Of a DNA stretch of 22,000 nucleotides, positions 19,581 through 22,000 are shown in pieces. The stretch's first letter is position 1; every line of letters begins with the position of its first letter. Origin of the DNA: Myxococcota bacterium (GTDB lineage: Bacteria > Myxococcota_A > UBA9160 > UBA4427); NCBI GenBank assembly GCA_036336835.1, contig JAYZFK010000061.1, positions 1 to 22,000 on the forward strand, given 5' to 3'. The notes under the pieces are model-generated. The model ran no database searches and was not told the origin of the DNA. It saw nothing but the letters and a program-made list of their open reading frames with translations. Position numbers and translations under genes: made by a program.

Positions 19581-22000
19581 ATGGCAGGCGTTCTCGACGC
19601 AGTCCGGGTACTCGATCTCTCGTCGGGTATCGCCGGACCGATGGCGACGATGCTGCTCGCCGACCACGGGGCGGAGGTGACCAGGATCGAGCCGCCGGAT
19701 GGCGACCCCTTCCGCGATCAGCTCGGCTACCACGCGTGGAACCGCGGCAAACGAAGTGCGATCCTGGATCTGAAGGACGCCGGCGATCTCGAGTTGTTCC
19801 GCAACCTCGCGCAGCGAGCCGACGTGCTGGTCGAGTCGTTCCGGCCCGGCACGGCCGAGCGCCTCGGCATCGACTATGCGTTGCTCTCCAAGCTCAACCC
19901 GCGCCTGATCTACTGCTCGATCACCGGCTACGGCCGCAACAACCGCCACTCGGACCGACCGGGTTACGACGCGCTGGTGGCCGCGCGCAGCGGGCTGCAG
20001 TGGGAGCAGCGGGGCTGGGCCGGGGGGGGTGCGCCTCGTCTCGCCGGTCGCGATGGGCTGTTCCCGGAACACGAGGCATCGCACGACGAGATGCAGGGCG
20101 CACCGCGTGAGGGTCCGCTGTTTCCGGCCTCGCGTTTTCCGAGTCTGGGTGCCTGTTATGCGGCCACCACAGCGATCAGCGCTGCACTGCACGCTCGCGA
20201 GCGGACCGGCCGCGGCCAGTGGGTCGAGACCTCGCTGCTGCAGGGTGCGCTGGCCGCCGGTGTGATGGCCTACGGCAAGGCCGAGGACTTCGAGGCGCCG
20301 GGCTTCATGACCTGGATCGGCGATCGTCGCTCGCCCAAGGGCCTGTTCGAGTGCTCGGACGGGCGCTGGATCCACTGCTGGCCGCCGAGCCCGCGCTTCG
20401 TACTGGCCGCCGGCGAGGGAGACGAGCTCGACGCGCACCCCGACATGCGCGTGCGCGAGGATCCGGATCGGATCGGCCTCGGTCCCGAGGAGGTCTTCGT
20501 GCTCCATCACTACTGGGAGCCGATGGCCAGGGTGGTGCGGAAGTTCACCGCCGATGCCTGGACGCAGGCCGGTGCCGACGCGGGCGTGTGCATTCAGAAG
20601 ATCCGCTCACCCGAAGAAGGCCTGTCCGATCCCCTGCTATTCGACGACGGTTGCGTCGCCGAGCTCGAAGACCCCGAGCTCGGGACGATCCGCAGCGTCG
20701 GCATCGCCTACAAGCTCGCGACCAGCCCCGGCCAGGTCGGTGGGCCGGCGCCGTCGGCGGGCCAGCACAGCGAGGAGGTGCGTGCCGAAGCCGCGGCGGT
20801 GGGGGCCGTCTCCGCGCCGGCGTCCGCCCGGGGCGAATCGCTGCCCGGCGGGCCGCTCGAGGGCATTCGCGTGCTCGATTTCGGTCTCGCCGTCGCGGGT
20901 CCCTATGGGACACAGGTGCTCAGCGATCTCGGCGCCAGCGTGATCAAGCTGAACGCCATGCACGACTGGTACTGGCACCAGAACCAGATCGCCATGTGCT
21001 GCAACCGGGGCAAGCGGAGTATCGCGATCGACCTCAAGCACGATCAGGCGAAGGACGTAGTTCGGCGCATGATCGCGTCGGCCGACGTGCTGATGCACAA
21101 CATGCGCTATCCCGCCGCGGTGAAGCTCGGGATCGACTACCAGAGCCTGAAGGACGAGTTCCCGCGGCTGGTCTACTGCCACACCCGAGGGTTCGAGCGC
21201 GGGCCGCGCGAGCAGCTGCCCGGCAACGACCAGACCGGCGCGTGCCTGGCGGGTGTCGAGTGGGAGGACGGCGGCTGTAATCGCGGCGGGCGGCCGCTCT
21301 GGTCGCTGACCAACATGGGCGACACGGGCAACGGCTTCCTGGCCGCGATCGCGATCTGCCAGGCGCTCTACGAACGCGAGAAGACGGGCAGGGGACAGTG
21401 GGTCGAGACGGCGATCGTGAACGCCCAGCTGCTCAACACCTCCTACACCGTGGCGCGGCCCGACGGCACGGGCTTCGCGCGCCCGATGCTCGATGCGATG
21501 CAGACCGGCTTCTCGGCCGGTGTGCGTATCTATCCCACGTCGGATGGCTGGCTGTGTCTGTCGCTGGTGAAGGGCGAGCACTGGCAAGCGCTGGGGCGCG
21601 TACTCGGCGCGCCCGACTTGCAGGCCGGTGGACGATTCGGGACCGCACAGGCCCGCGAGGCGGCCGACGACGACGTGGCAAAGTGCATCGAGCACGCGCT
21701 CGCGGCCCGCTCGGCGGCCGACTGGATGCGCGCTCTCGATGCCGCGGGCGTTCCGTGCGAGGTGTCGTCGGACCGTGCGAGCGCCGAGCTGTGGGACGAT
21801 GCGGAAGCGCTCGAGCGCCGCTGGATCGCGCACTATCCGCACCCGCCCGTCAAGCAGATCGGCCAGGTCGGTCTGGCTTTCGAGTTCTCCGACACGCCGG
21901 CGCGCATCCAGGGACCGCCGCTGGTCGTGGGCCAGAATACGCGCGAGCTGCTGGTCGAGCTCGACTACGCGCCCGCGGAGATCGACGCTCTGTTCGAGTC
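19581..22000 (+). CDS. Two-domain CaiB/BaiF (family III) CoA-transferase, 3' end beyond the window
   Basis: Hand translation from ATG 19581 (GGAGG RBS): MAGVLDAVRVLDLSSGIAGPMATMLLADHGAEVTRIEPP...WNRGKRS. A second in-frame copy starts ~20853: PLEGIRVLDFGLAVAGPYGTQVLSDLGASVIK...NRGKRSIAIDLK. The frame is consistent to the window end (GQNTRELLVELDY). Absent from the ORF track because there is no stop in the window. Confidence 0.92.
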   Translation, partial: MAGVLDAVRVLDLSSGIAGPMATMLLADHGAEVTRIEPPDGDPFRDQLGYHAWNRGKRSAILDLKDAGDLELFRNLAQRADVLVESFRPGTAERLGIDYALLSKLNPRLIYCSITGYGRNNRHSDRPGYDALVAARSGLQWEQRGWAGGGAPRLAGRDGLFPEHEASHDEMQGAPREGPLFPASRFPSLGACYAATTAISAALHARERTGRGQWVETSLLQGALAAGVMAYGKAEDFEAPGFMTWIGDRRSPKGLFECSDGRWIHCWPPSPRFVLAAGEGDELDAHPDMRVREDPDRIGLGPEEVFVLHHYWEPMARVVRKFTADAWTQAGADAGVCIQKIRSPEEGLSDPLLFDDGCVAELEDPELGTIRSVGIAYKLATSPGQVGGPAPSAGQHSEEVRAEAAAVGAVSAPASARGESLPGGPLEGIRVLDFGLAVAGPYGTQVLSDLGASVIKLNAMHDWYWHQNQIAMCCNRGKRSIAIDLKHDQAKDVVRRMIASADVLMHNMRYPAAVKLGIDYQSLKDEFPRLVYCHTRGFERGPREQLPGNDQTGACLAGVEWEDGGCNRGGRPLWSLTNMGDTGNGFLAAIAICQALYEREKTGRGQWVETAIVNAQLLNTSYTVARPDGTGFARPMLDAMQTGFSAGVRIYPTSDGWLCLSLVKGEHWQALGRVLGAPDLQAGGRFGTAQAREAADDDVAKCIEHALAARSAADWMRALDAAGVPCEVSSDRASAELWDDAEALERRWIAHYPHPPVKQIGQVGLAFEFSDTPARIQGPPLVVGQNTRELLVELDYAPAEIDALFE

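Overview
High-GC bacterial window, mostly + strand housekeeping genes. The gene content suggests a Myxococcota/'Deltaproteobacteria'-type organism (inference only). Gene order: selA, HNH nuclease, MinD/FlhG-like ATPase, J-domain-like/RodZ-type HTH protein, RluD-type pseudouridine synthase, a ~400-nt leader, rho, prfA, prmC, hisD, hisB, hisH, hisA, hisF, rpsU, dnaG, rpoD. Right after rpoD an apparent deletion or rearrangement scar (~18090) joins a truncated + strand membrane-protein start to a truncated - strand MarR regulator. An accessory catabolic pair follows: an amidohydrolase and a two-domain family III CoA-transferase that runs off the window and is missing from the ORF track. I found no tRNA, rRNA, CRISPR array or transposase. 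The best candidate for an uncharacterised system is the translationally coupled MinD-like ATPase plus soluble HPD-less J-like/RodZ-HTH pair. Other leads are the rho leader (15-bp direct repeat, inverted half-sites, rut-like tract), a uORF whose UGA overlaps the selA start, and a CoA-transferase whose N-terminal half lacks the catalytic Asp.
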